39,181 nucleotides of DNA, taken from Eubacteriales bacterium. GTDB taxonomy: Bacteria > Bacillota > Clostridia > Oscillospirales > CAG-272. Below are positions 1-8,542 of the stretch, piece by piece. The notes beneath the pieces are model-generated. The model was not told where the DNA came from. It made no database searches and saw only the letters and a list, made by a program, of their open reading frames with translations. Location of the stretch: NCBI GenBank assembly GCA_051893885.1, contig JBJFHS010000250.1, positions 1 to 39,181 of the forward strand, written 5' to 3'. The position numbers and the translations under genes were made by a program. The stretch's first letter is position 1. Each line of letters opens with the position of its first letter.

Positions 1-53
1 ACCAACAACCTGCTGATTACAAATCAGCTGCTCTGCCATTGAGCCACACCAGC
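1..53 (-). tRNA. tRNA-Thr (anticodon UGU), 3' portion cut by the window edge
   Basis: The reverse complement reads GCTGGTG-TG-GCTC/AATGGCA/GAGC-A-GCTGA-TTTGTAA-TCAGC-AGGTT-GTTGG. This gives an acceptor stem, a D arm and an anticodon stem-loop with TGT at positions 34-36. The T arm is truncated at position 1. Confidence 0.8.
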
Positions 54-125
54 GTCTTATGCAATTTTAACAACTTTTGCGTCCTTGTTTTGTGGATTTT
101 TACCCACTCACTTGAGGACGTTGTT

Positions 126-154
126 ATTATATCATAAAGACGCCGGCTTGTCAA
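126..154 (-). promoter_or_regulatory. Consensus sigma-A type promoter upstream of tRNA-Thr
   Basis: The minus strand reads TTGACA (154-149), an exact 17-nt spacer, then TATAAT (131-126), preceded by TGa (extended -10). Confidence 0.6.
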
Positions 155-197
155 TACCTTTTTTAAATTTTTTTCGATTTTATTTTCAAAATTTTTT

Positions 198-1205
198 TCA
201 GCCGCAGATATCCGAAAAGTCTGTGCCGCAAAGTACCGCTGTGAGCTTGACGCACTCCTCAACGTCGCCGAGGTCTATCGTTTCAACAGGGGAGTGTATG
301 TACCGTGTGGGGATTGAAATGCAGCCTGCAATTGCGCCTTTTCCGGTCTGCTGCATTGATGAAGTGTCTGTTCCGCCTCCGGTGAGAATCTCGAGCTGGA
401 ACTTTATCTTGTTTTCCTCTGCCGCCGAGCGCATTTTCTGAACAAGAGCGCGGTCGCACACAACGGAGGAGTCCTTTATCTTGATCGCAGCGCCGCCGCC
501 GAGCTTTACCTCCATCGGTTTTGCGGAGAGCGTGTCCCCAGTTGCCGTGACGTCGAGCGCGATTCCGATATCGGGCATCACTGCGTATGAGGCGGTTTTT
601 GAGCCGCGGCAGCCGACCTCCTCCTGCGTGGTGAAGCAGAAGTACACGTCGTTGTACGGCTTTTCGATTCGCTTCATCGCCTCAATCATGACGACCGCGC
701 CGATTCTGTCGTCCATCGGTCTGCCGGCAACCCTCGAACCAGCGAGCTTTACGGCTTCCGATTTGACCGCAAAGGTGTCGCCGATTCTGACCCTTCTCTC
801 AGCGTCGCGCCTGTTCTTCGCACCGATGTCGACTGAGCAGTTGTCGGCGTTAAGCGGATTCTGTGCGCCCGAATCGGGTACGAGAACTCCGACGACGCCG
901 GTTTCAAACTCCACCTGCGAGTATGCGGCGGCGGTCATGTTGATTCCACCGAGTGTGGAGAAGCGAATATAGCCGCTGTCCTCGATGTGGGTGACGATGA
1001 ATCCGATTTCGTCGATGTGCGCGGCGAACATAACCTTCTTTTTGTTTTCACCGCAGCCTTCGACAAACGCGATGAGGTTTCCCATGTTGTCTCTCGAGCA
1101 CGATGTAACGTACGGAGCGATTTCCTCAGCGATTACGTCGGCGACCTTGCCCTCATTTCCGGGGACGCATACGGGTCTGATTACTTTTTTTATAAGATTA
1201 AGCAT
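198..1205 (-). CDS. M42 family metallo-aminopeptidase (FrvX/YsdC/TET-like), paralog 1
   Basis: Motifs HIDEIGF, MDDRIGA, TQEEVGCRG and RYIHSP are present. I place the start at the internal ATG at 1205 (MLNLIKK), which is preceded by AAAGGAG. The longer ORF-track start at 1247 has no RBS. Confidence 0.9.
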   Translation of the reverse strand: MLNLIKKVIRPVCVPGNEGKVADVIAEEIAPYVTSCSRDNMGNLIAFVEGCGENKKKVMFAAHIDEIGFIVTHIEDSGYIRFSTLGGINMTAAAYSQVEFETGVVGVLVPDSGAQNPLNADNCSVDIGAKNRRDAERRVRIGDTFAVKSEAVKLAGSRVAGRPMDDRIGAVVMIEAMKRIEKPYNDVYFCFTTQEEVGCRGSKTASYAVMPDIGIALDVTATGDTLSAKPMEVKLGGGAAIKIKDSSVVCDRALVQKMRSAAEENKIKFQLEILTGGGTDTSSMQQTGKGAIAGCISIPTRYIHSPVETIDLGDVEECVKLTAVLCGTDFSDICG

Positions 1206-1322
1206 ATTTTTACTCCTTTTACAATCATAGAAACATTTTCCGCGCAAATATTAACACATAACAGTGGCATTTTTCGCGCGATTGTGATAAATTTATAGCA
1301 CAAATTATGAAAACAGAGGTGA

Positions 1323-1853
1323 AATGTCACGGCAGCCAACATTATTACGATTTCGCGCATTTTTTTCTCGGCTCTGATACTTTTTGTCAGGCTTTTTTCG
1401 CCGTCTTTCTGGGTCATTTATCTGTGCTGTGGACTCAGTGACTGGCTTGACGGTTTTGCAGCCCGAAAATTGAATCAGTGCAGTGAAGCCGGTGCCAGAC
1501 TCGACAGTGCCGCCGCTTTGATTTTTGTCGCTGTCATGATCGTGAAATTGATCGCGAACATTAAATTCCCGGCATGGATTCTGGCGTGTGCTGCGGCTGT
1601 TTTCACGCTCCGTACTGTCTCGTATTCGGTCGGATATTTTAAATTCCACTGCTTTACGGCGCTTCACACACTGCTCAATAAAGCCTCCGGAGCGATTCTT
1701 TTTTTGTCACCGGCTCTTTATGCGGCATTTGGCATGACAGTTTCAGGCGTTTTGGTTTTTGGCGTCACTTTTCTCTCCTCCGCCGAAGAGCTTTCCATAA
1801 TACTCAGCTCAAAAACACTCGAAAGGGACCGCAAAGGCTTATTTATTAAATAA
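1323..1853 (+). CDS. CDP-alcohol phosphatidyltransferase family membrane protein, possibly disrupted (no canonical start in frame)
   Basis: The frame is open from 1323 and reads NVTAANIITISRIFF...DWLDGFAARKLNQCSEAGARLDSAAA (D-x2-DG-x2-AR-x8-G-x3-D-x3-A). The only RBS-linked ATG (1324, after GAGGTG) is one base out of frame and stops after 17 codons. The first in-frame ATG/GTG/TTG is the TTG at 1470, inside the signature motif. Confidence 0.6.
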   Translation, partial: NVTAANIITISRIFFSALILFVRLFSPSFWVIYLCCGLSDWLDGFAARKLNQCSEAGARLDSAAALIFVAVMIVKLIANIKFPAWILACAAAVFTLRTVSYSVGYFKFHCFTALHTLLNKASGAILFLSPALYAAFGMTVSGVLVFGVTFLSSAEELSIILSSKTLERDRKGLFIK

Positions 1854-1869
1854 ATTTAATTAAATAAAT

Positions 1870-2934
1870 TTACTTTAAATCAACCGTAACGGCGGTGAGC
1901 AGCCCGATAATAGAGTCCATGTCGCGCCGGTCAATCACGTTTGTCGAGGTGTGGATGTATCTCGCGGGGGCTGAAACTGCGGCGCACTTTACACCTGAGA
2001 GGGATTTCTGAATGCCGGCGGAGTCGTTTCTTCCGGCCAAACCGTTTTTGGACTGGACAGGTATTGAGTGATTTTTGCCCGTATTCATAATAAAATTGTA
2101 CAGCTCACGGTCGTAAACGGTTCCCGCGTCCGCCATCGAGACACAGCCGCCCATGCCCTGCTTCGCGACGAAACCGTTCTTGTCTCCGATTATGTCGTTC
2201 ACCGCGGTCGCTTCAACTACGATTGCGAGGTCCGGGGAGACGAGATTTGCGGCGGTTTTTGCTCCGGATGCACCGATTTCCTCACGCCTTGTGAACGCGA
2301 AGTAAACGTCGAAGGGAAGCGATATATTGTTTTCGCTGAGGTGACGCAGAATCATGCAGAGCACGGTACAGCCGAAGCGGTCGTCTATCGCCTTTCCTTT
2401 TATCTTATTGCCGCCCTCACCGAAGGTTACAAAATCGGAGCGATACACGCCGAAGTCACCCGGGGAGACGTATTTTTCCGCTTCCTCCTTGTTTTTCGCG
2501 CCGATGTCTACAAACATTGAGTCAAAATCCCCCACTCCGCCGCAGTGTACCGGCTTTACACCGAAGTAGCCGATGGTCTGCTTTTCCTCGTTTCCGACTG
2601 TAACATTTCTTCCCGCGAGGAGAGTCGGGTCATTTCCCGAGAGAGCCTTGATTCTGATAAATCCGTCGTCGTCGATTGATTTTACCATAAATCCGACCTC
2701 GTCCATGTGAGCGCAGAACATTAACCTGTCACATTTCAGGCCGGTGTTTTCCTGTTTTTCTGCACGTTTTGCGTATTTTACGATAAGCGTGCCGAGTCTG
2801 TCTTCCGTTATTTCGTCGGCATACGGAGACGCGAATTCCTTTATTATGTCGGCGACGTTGTCCTCGCAGCCGGATGGACCGAAGGCGAGCGAAAGCTTCT
2901 CAAGCAGTTCGATTGCGGTAATTTTTGTGTTCAT
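1870..2934 (-). CDS. M42 family metallo-aminopeptidase, paralog 2
   Basis: Motifs HMDEVGF, IDDRFGC, REEIGASG and RYIHTS are present. The RBS GAGGAGG lies upstream of the ATG at 2934. Confidence 0.9.
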   Translation of the reverse strand: MNTKITAIELLEKLSLAFGPSGCEDNVADIIKEFASPYADEITEDRLGTLIVKYAKRAEKQENTGLKCDRLMFCAHMDEVGFMVKSIDDDGFIRIKALSGNDPTLLAGRNVTVGNEEKQTIGYFGVKPVHCGGVGDFDSMFVDIGAKNKEEAEKYVSPGDFGVYRSDFVTFGEGGNKIKGKAIDDRFGCTVLCMILRHLSENNISLPFDVYFAFTRREEIGASGAKTAANLVSPDLAIVVEATAVNDIIGDKNGFVAKQGMGGCVSMADAGTVYDRELYNFIMNTGKNHSIPVQSKNGLAGRNDSAGIQKSLSGVKCAAVSAPARYIHTSTNVIDRRDMDSIIGLLTAVTVDLK

Positions 2935-2949
2935 TTCTCCTGCCTCCTC

Positions 2950-3987
2950 TCAATACAGCGGATTTGTGACGAGTGTCTGCACAAGCTTTATCATGCTCTC
3001 CGCGTCGGTCAGGCTCAGCTCCTCGTTGTATGAGTGCATTCCGTCGAGTGGGAGACCTATTACAGCCGCCGGGACTCCCTCGTTCACATACGCGATGCAT
3101 TCGGCGTTCGTACCTGTCGAGGTCGGTTCTATTGTTGTGGTATGCGGGATTTTGTTTTCCTTGGCGAGGCTTATGATGTGCTTGGTGAAGCGTCTGTCAG
3201 TTGCGGCGGAGATCGAAATCATGACACCGCTTTCGAGCTTTGACGCGCCGTCTCCGTTTGACAGACCGGGCTGGGCGGCAAAATTCACGTCACAGACAAG
3301 CGCGCAGTCGGGTTTTATCGTGAACGCCGCGCATGAAACTCCACCGCGTCCGGTTTCCTCTCCGGATGACAGGGTGATGTATGTATCGCAGGTCAGCTCC
3401 TCTGTGGGTGTGGAGATTATCGCTGCGATAAGTGCGGCGGCGCAGGATTTGTCGTCGAGTCCGCGTCCGGTGATTCTTCCGTTGAGAAGTTCATCCCCCG
3501 AGTAGGCGTATCCGACGGGTGTGCCGAGCTCTACAAGTTTTTCTGCGGCCTCTTTTGAGTATCCGATGTCGATGAGAACGTCATTCCACTCGGGAGCTTT
3601 GCCGCTTTTGTCCCTGTTCAGGTGCGGAGAGAGCGCGGAGACGACTCCGAACAGCTTCTCTTTGCCGTACACCGTCACCTCGGACGCGGGCAGGATTTTT
3701 CTGTCGATTCCGCCGATAGGTGTCACTCTGAGAAGTCCCTCGTCGGTGATTCCCGAGACAATCATGCCGACCTCGTCGAGATGCGCGTCGAGGATAATTT
3801 TCGGCTTGATGTCGCGGGTCATTTTTTTTGATTTTTTTACCAGAATAACGTTGCGCGCCATGTCCGTGTCGATCTCGTCGAAATATCCACCGTAGCTTTC
3901 GCGGATTTCTTCGAGCGCGTTTCTTTCGCAGCCGGATATTGTCATGACAGAGCACAGACGGCGCAGGATTTCTTTGAATTCAGGCAT
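2950..3987 (-). CDS. M42 family metallo-aminopeptidase, paralog 3 (more divergent)
   Basis: Motifs HLDEVGM, LDDKSCA, SGEETGRGG and DGMHSY are present. The RBS is GGAGGT. A 15-nt gap separates it from paralog 2. Confidence 0.85.
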   Translation of the reverse strand: MPEFKEILRRLCSVMTISGCERNALEEIRESYGGYFDEIDTDMARNVILVKKSKKMTRDIKPKIILDAHLDEVGMIVSGITDEGLLRVTPIGGIDRKILPASEVTVYGKEKLFGVVSALSPHLNRDKSGKAPEWNDVLIDIGYSKEAAEKLVELGTPVGYAYSGDELLNGRITGRGLDDKSCAAALIAAIISTPTEELTCDTYITLSSGEETGRGGVSCAAFTIKPDCALVCDVNFAAQPGLSNGDGASKLESGVMISISAATDRRFTKHIISLAKENKIPHTTTIEPTSTGTNAECIAYVNEGVPAAVIGLPLDGMHSYNEELSLTDAESMIKLVQTLVTNPLY

Positions 3988-4066
3988 TTTTACCTCCGTT
4001 TGGTTTATTTACAAAATTATATGATACTGCTGATTTGGCGGGATGAGTTCTCCATCGTATCCCATG

Positions 4067-5479
4067 TTACATCTCATTGACGAGCTTTTTGAAATATCTG
4101 CCTCTCTCCTCGAAGTTTTTGAATCTGTCGAACGAGGCTGAGGCAGGTGAGAGGATAACGGTGTCTCCCGCGGACGCACTGTTTTTCGCCTGAGTCACCG
4201 CGTCCTCGAACGAATCAGACTCGATGATTTTTATGCCCGACGAGGCTGCTTTTTCGTGTTCCGCAAGGGCTTTTTTTATCAGAGGAGCGGTGTCGCCGGT
4301 GAGAACCACGGTGTGGACTGAGGAGGAGTAAATTGCGTCGGCGAGAGGCTCGTAGGGGATGTGCTTGTCATAACCTCCGGCGATGAGAACCACGGGGCGG
4401 TCGTTTATCGCTGAGAGAGCGGCAGCGGTGCGTGTGGGGGAGGAGTCGATAGAGCCGTTGATATAGGTCACGCCGTCCTTTTCGCGCACAAACTCAAGCC
4501 GGTGCTCGACTCCGCCGAAGGTTGAAGCGATTTCGCGGATTTTTTCGGGCGTGGTTCTGCCCCATGTGACCGCGATGGCTGTCATGTAGTTGGCGGTGTT
4601 GTGCAGTCCGGGGAGCTTTATATCCTTTCTCTGCATGATTTCGGTTGTGCCGGAGTCGGGGAAGTAAGCATAAATCGTGTCGTTCTCAAGCCAGACCTTG
4701 CTGTCGATGTTGCGGAGTGCGGAGGACGGAATCGGCGAGAGTGAGAAGTACGTGACCGGAGTGGTAGTTTTCTTCACTTCTTCGGCTATTTCTCTCGTCA
4801 CGTCGTTGTCGTAGTTGAGAACGGCGCGTCGTGCGTGCTTCAGGATGTTCTTCTTCGCGGCGATGTACTCGTCCATTGAGGTGTGCCAGTTGAGGTGGTT
4901 GGGCGTCACGTTTGTTATGGCGGCGGCTTCAATTTCCGCGTCGTCAATCGTCATCAGCTGGAACGAGGACAGCTCTACCGCAACGGCGTCATTTTCACAC
5001 ATCTGCGAATATCTGTCGAGGAGCGGCTTTCCGATGTTTCCGCCGAGAAAAACCTTTCCGCCGTCTGTACCGCTCTCCAGCATGAGTGAGGTCAGGGTGG
5101 TGGTTGTGGATTTTCCGTCGCTTCCTGTGACTGCATAGACAGGGCAGGGGCATATCGAGAGGAAAAACTCCATTTCCGAGGTGAGTCTGCTTCCGGCGTC
5201 AACGGCTTTTTTGAACTGCGGCAGGTCGGGTCTGATTCCGGGCGAGCGGAAAACGACGTCTTCGGTTATATTTTCGAGGTAGTCGTCCCCGGTTATCAGT
5301 CTGACGCCGATTTTTTCGAGCTTTTCAGCTGTGTCACCGAGCTCGGCAGGGGATTTTTTGTCTCTGACCGAAACATTGGTGCAGACACTTGAGAGAAGTG
5401 AAGCAAGCGGCATATTTGACACGCCGGCTCCGATAAGGGTTACGCTTTTTCCGTTGAAATATTCTTCAAATTTATTCAT
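4067..5479 (-). CDS. murD: UDP-N-acetylmuramoyl-L-alanine--D-glutamate ligase
   Basis: It has an N-terminal Rossmann GAGVSN motif, the Mur ligase P-loop GSDGKSTTTT and typical MurD length and collinearity. The RBS is GGAGAAG. Confidence 0.9.
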   Translation of the reverse strand: MNKFEEYFNGKSVTLIGAGVSNMPLASLLSSVCTNVSVRDKKSPAELGDTAEKLEKIGVRLITGDDYLENITEDVVFRSPGIRPDLPQFKKAVDAGSRLTSEMEFFLSICPCPVYAVTGSDGKSTTTTLTSLMLESGTDGGKVFLGGNIGKPLLDRYSQMCENDAVAVELSSFQLMTIDDAEIEAAAITNVTPNHLNWHTSMDEYIAAKKNILKHARRAVLNYDNDVTREIAEEVKKTTTPVTYFSLSPIPSSALRNIDSKVWLENDTIYAYFPDSGTTEIMQRKDIKLPGLHNTANYMTAIAVTWGRTTPEKIREIASTFGGVEHRLEFVREKDGVTYINGSIDSSPTRTAAALSAINDRPVVLIAGGYDKHIPYEPLADAIYSSSVHTVVLTGDTAPLIKKALAEHEKAASSGIKIIESDSFEDAVTQAKNSASAGDTVILSPASASFDRFKNFEERGRYFKKLVNEM

Positions 5480-5700
5480 TTTTCTTCTCCATAGGAGGAA
5501 TGGAATACTTATTTTTTATTATATCTCATTTTTTATATATTTACAAGGTTTATTTTATTATAATCATTTGCCATCCGCGCCGCATATAATGGTATAAAAA
5601 ACACCGCCAAAATTTACGGCTGAGAGTGTTTAATAACTGCCGATGAGGATAATACTAAAATCATAAAACAAAGGATTAAATAAGAAAGGATTTGACTGAA

Positions 5701-6057
5701 ATGATACGGCGCGGAGACATATATTACGCGGATCTGAGTCCGGTTGTCGGAAGCGAGCAGGGCGGGGTCAGACCGGTGCTGATAGTCCAGAACGACGTCG
5801 GAAACCGGCACAGCCCCACAGTTATCGCGGCGGCTATAACGAGCAGAATGGGAAAAAACAAACTCCCCACACATATAGACATAAACGCGGAGAGGGTCGG
5901 CCTCGCAAAGGACTCCGTCGTTCTCCTTGAACAGGTGCGGACTATAGATAAACAGCGCCTCGGTGAAAAAATGGGACATCTCGACGACGAAACCATGAAT
6001 CATGTGAACGACGCCATAACTATAAGCTTCGGACTCGGCGGAAATACTGCGGAGTAA
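5701..6057 (+). CDS. mazF: MazF/PemK/EndoA-type mRNA interferase toxin
   Basis: [32 protein letters not shown]...LPTHIDI...[13 protein letters not shown] is near-collinear with B. subtilis NdoA/EndoA. The start is the ATG at 5701, after AAAGGA. Confidence 0.9.
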   Translation: MIRRGDIYYADLSPVVGSEQGGVRPVLIVQNDVGNRHSPTVIAAAITSRMGKNKLPTHIDINAERVGLAKDSVVLLEQVRTIDKQRLGEKMGHLDDETMNHVNDAITISFGLGGNTAE

Positions 6058-6104
6058 AAATTTATCAATACATGACTTTTCCCGACATCAGGTTTTTTAT
6101 TCTA

Positions 6105-6133
6105 TTGCTATTTTCAGATGCGGGTGATATAAT
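6105..6133 (+). promoter_or_regulatory. Sigma-A type promoter for the TauE/SafE gene
   Basis: TTGCTA (6105-6110), a 17-nt spacer, then TGaTATAAT (TATAAT at 6128-6133). Confidence 0.5.
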
Positions 6134-6171
6134 ATCGAAAAACTTATATAGAACATAAGGAAATCGATATC

Positions 6172-6927
6172 ATGAAACTCTTTCTCATATGCCTTGTAGC
6201 GGGAATAGCAGCTCAGCTTGTCGACGGAACTCTCGGAATGGCTTACGGAGTCACGTCGGGTACACTCCTGCGCTCGATGGGCGTGCCGTCTGCCGTCTCG
6301 TCGTTCTGCGTTCACCTCGCGGAGATTTTTACAACGTTCGTCTCCGGTATATCGCACTTCAAAATGAAGAACTTTGACAAAAGCCTGTTTCTGCGCCTAA
6401 TCATCCCCGGTGTAATCGGAGGTGTGACCGGCGCGTACATACTCACCTCTGTCGACGAGAGGATAATTTCGCCAATCGTCTCCGCGTACCTGATCATAAT
6501 GGGTGTGGTGATTTTTGTCAAGGCATTCAGAATCAAAGCTGAGTCGGACAAAAAAATCGGAAAAGCCGTTTATCCCATCGCGTTTGTCGGCGGATTTTCA
6601 GATTCCATCGGCGGAGGAGGCTGGGGTCCCGTCGTCACATCTACACTTGTAGCGTCCGACTGCAACATCAGAAAAACCATCGGCTCGGTCAACGCGGCGG
6701 AATTTTTTGTAACCGTGGCGGAATCCGTAACATTTGTCCTGACAATCGGCTCTGTCGGAGAGTATCTTCCGGCGGTTGCGGGTCTTATCGTCGGCGGAGT
6801 TATAGCTGCTCCTGTTGCGGCATACCTCTGCAAGAAGCTCCCGCTCAAGCCGTTCATCGCCGGTCTCGGAATCGTCATTATCGGCATCAACACATGGAAG
6901 CTGATAACAGCCCTCGCCGCGCTTTGA
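6172..6927 (+). CDS. TauE/SafE (TSUP, DUF81) family anion exporter membrane protein
   Basis: It is a multi-pass hydrophobic protein with a Gly-rich duplicated architecture typical of TSUP permeases. The RBS is AAGGAA. Confidence 0.8.
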   Translation: MKLFLICLVAGIAAQLVDGTLGMAYGVTSGTLLRSMGVPSAVSSFCVHLAEIFTTFVSGISHFKMKNFDKSLFLRLIIPGVIGGVTGAYILTSVDERIISPIVSAYLIIMGVVIFVKAFRIKAESDKKIGKAVYPIAFVGGFSDSIGGGGWGPVVTSTLVASDCNIRKTIGSVNAAEFFVTVAESVTFVLTIGSVGEYLPAVAGLIVGGVIAAPVAAYLCKKLPLKPFIAGLGIVIIGINTWKLITALAAL

Positions 6928-6945
6928 TTTTAATTTATCGGGAAT

Positions 6946-6995
6946 GAAAAAGCGGTATGATTCGGATTAATTCTGAACATACCGCTTGTTTTATT
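6946..6995. terminator. Bidirectional intrinsic terminator between convergent genes
   Basis: The 9-bp stem AGCGGTATG (6951-6959) pairs with CATACCGCT (6978-6986). It is flanked by an A-run upstream and TGTTTTATTT downstream. Confidence 0.75.
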
Positions 6996-7431
6996 TGTAT
7001 ATCAGCTCGAATTCCTCACACAGAACCGGCATTTTTTCGTCAAATTCAAGCCCTGCTTCACCGAGACATTCCGTGAAAAATTCCCTGTGAACATCCCGCC
7101 AGTACCCGAGACTCAAATCCCCTTCGCCTTCCTTTCGTGCGTGTGATTCGCTTACATCGCAGAATGGAGAAACATAGGTTTTTGTTGTCCGTATAACACA
7201 CTTTGCCTCACCCGCCGAGTCGAGTATTACGCTGTAATCCCCGGCCTTTGGAAGCGGCTCTTTTTCGATTTCATAGAGCTCGTACGCCGATGCTGTCCCT
7301 GTTTTCTTTCCGCTGAGTACAAGTGACGCCAGTTTGTCGGGAGCCGAACCGAAAGCCCACGCCTCGTATTCGGTGTCCTCCGGAATTCCTTGCGCCTCTG
7401 TGAATTTTTTCCACATTTCCGCAGGTGACAT
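6991..7431 (-). CDS. ASCH domain (PUA-like) protein
   Basis: The 146-aa protein has the typical ASCH layout (AWAFG...LVLSGKKTGT...ARKEGEGDLSL.YWR..H..FF). The RBS is AGGAGGA. Confidence 0.75.
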   Translation of the reverse strand: MSPAEMWKKFTEAQGIPEDTEYEAWAFGSAPDKLASLVLSGKKTGTASAYELYEIEKEPLPKAGDYSVILDSAGEAKCVIRTTKTYVSPFCDVSESHARKEGEGDLSLGYWRDVHREFFTECLGEAGLEFDEKMPVLCEEFELIYK

Positions 7432-7461
7432 TTTTTATTCCTCCTTTACAATTATTGTAAA

Positions 7462-8385
7462 TTACACGGCTTTTCCGCTCTCGCTTACCGGCTTTTCGGA
7501 GGCGTTGTCCTTGCCGAGTTTCAGCTGAGACAGGATTATTCCCGCGAAGATGAGCACACAGCCGAGATATCCCGCCGCACTCATTCTCTCATTCAGTAAT
7601 ATTGCGCCGCCGATTGCAGAAAACACCGATTCTGTCGACATAATGATTGAAGCGGAGGTTGGCTCACAGTATTTCTGACCGATGATCTGGAAGGTATACG
7701 CGACTCCGACCGACATCAGACCGCAGTACAGCACCGGGATAACCGCGTTTCTGAGAGGCTCAAGTGCCATATCTTCAAAAATCAGTGCGCAGACAAAGTT
7801 CAGTACAGTGCAGGTTGCGAACTGGGTCATGGCAAAACGGAGTGAATACATACGCTGACCGAAGTGGTCGATAATCAGTATCTGCACGGCGAAGAATACG
7901 GCGCACAGGATCAGATAAAAGTCGCCCTGAGTTATCGTGATTTTTCCGCCGCCCATGCAGACGAGGAACAGTCCGGAGACACCTAAAACCGCGCCTATCC
8001 ACGTCAGAATTCCGGTCTTGTTTCCGAGGAAAATTCCGAAAATCGGCACAAATATCATGTAAAGCCCCGTGATAAAGCCGCCCTTACCCGCGGAGTCTGT
8101 CAGCATGATTCCGTACTGCTGCAAAAACGACGCGATAAACAGCACCGCTCCGGAGACGATTCCCGCTGTAACGGTGGTTTTCATCATCTTTTTGTCCTTC
8201 GCACCGCGCTCGAAAATCATGATGACGGGAATTACCGAAAGTGTTCCGAGAAGATAGCGTGAAAAATTAAAGAAGAACGGCGTCATGTCGGACGAGCCCG
8301 TGACCTGTGCGACAAATGCGAAGCCCCAGACTATGGCTGCAACTGCCAGAAACAACGCGCCTTTTTTTGAATACTTTTTCTCCAT
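7462..8385 (-). CDS. EamA/DMT superfamily transporter
   Basis: It shows about ten TM segments with two EamA-like halves. The start is placed at MEKKYSKKG (8385) with a GGAG RBS. The upstream extension to 8445 lacks a convincing RBS. Confidence 0.8.
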   Translation of the reverse strand: MEKKYSKKGALFLAVAAIVWGFAFVAQVTGSSDMTPFFFNFSRYLLGTLSVIPVIMIFERGAKDKKMMKTTVTAGIVSGAVLFIASFLQQYGIMLTDSAGKGGFITGLYMIFVPIFGIFLGNKTGILTWIGAVLGVSGLFLVCMGGGKITITQGDFYLILCAVFFAVQILIIDHFGQRMYSLRFAMTQFATCTVLNFVCALIFEDMALEPLRNAVIPVLYCGLMSVGVAYTFQIIGQKYCEPTSASIIMSTESVFSAIGGAILLNERMSAAGYLGCVLIFAGIILSQLKLGKDNASEKPVSESGKAV

Positions 8386-8542
8386 AAACAATTGCTCCGA
8401 ATCAGAAAGAAAAGCCATACTCAGCAAAAACAGTATGCTCAGCATAGCTTCTTGTAGTTTACATTATTAAAGATTTAATGCGTTTGAAGTATATCACAGA
8501 TGAGTATTTTTGTCAATCGGCATTTTGCACTGATTTATAATG

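Noticed and set aside
1305-1667. A 120-aa minus-strand ORF.
   Set aside because: It is antisense to the phosphatidyltransferase-like frame, which carries a clear family signature. Its own composition is Arg/Lys-rich and atypical.
2744-3505. A 253-aa plus-strand ORF across the M42 paralog 2/3 boundary.
   Set aside because: It is antisense to two well-supported M42 genes. It has a Ser-rich low-complexity composition and no RBS. This is a typical shadow ORF in GC-biased coding DNA.
5500-5589. A 29-codon hydrophobic ORF (MEYLFFIISHFLYIYKVYFIIIICHPRRI) in the murD-mazF intergenic region.
   Set aside because: Its ATG directly abuts the GGAGG-like sequence, which is actually the complement side of the murD RBS region. 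Its composition simply reflects AT-rich promoter DNA. It is kept only as a remote candidate in the orphan-MazF finding.
5331-5597. An 88-aa plus-strand ORF upstream of mazF, considered as a possible MazE antitoxin.
   Set aside because: Most of it is antisense to the murD 5' coding region. The remainder is a low-complexity AT-rich translation. It ends 100 nt before mazF and bears no AbrB/RHH-like features.
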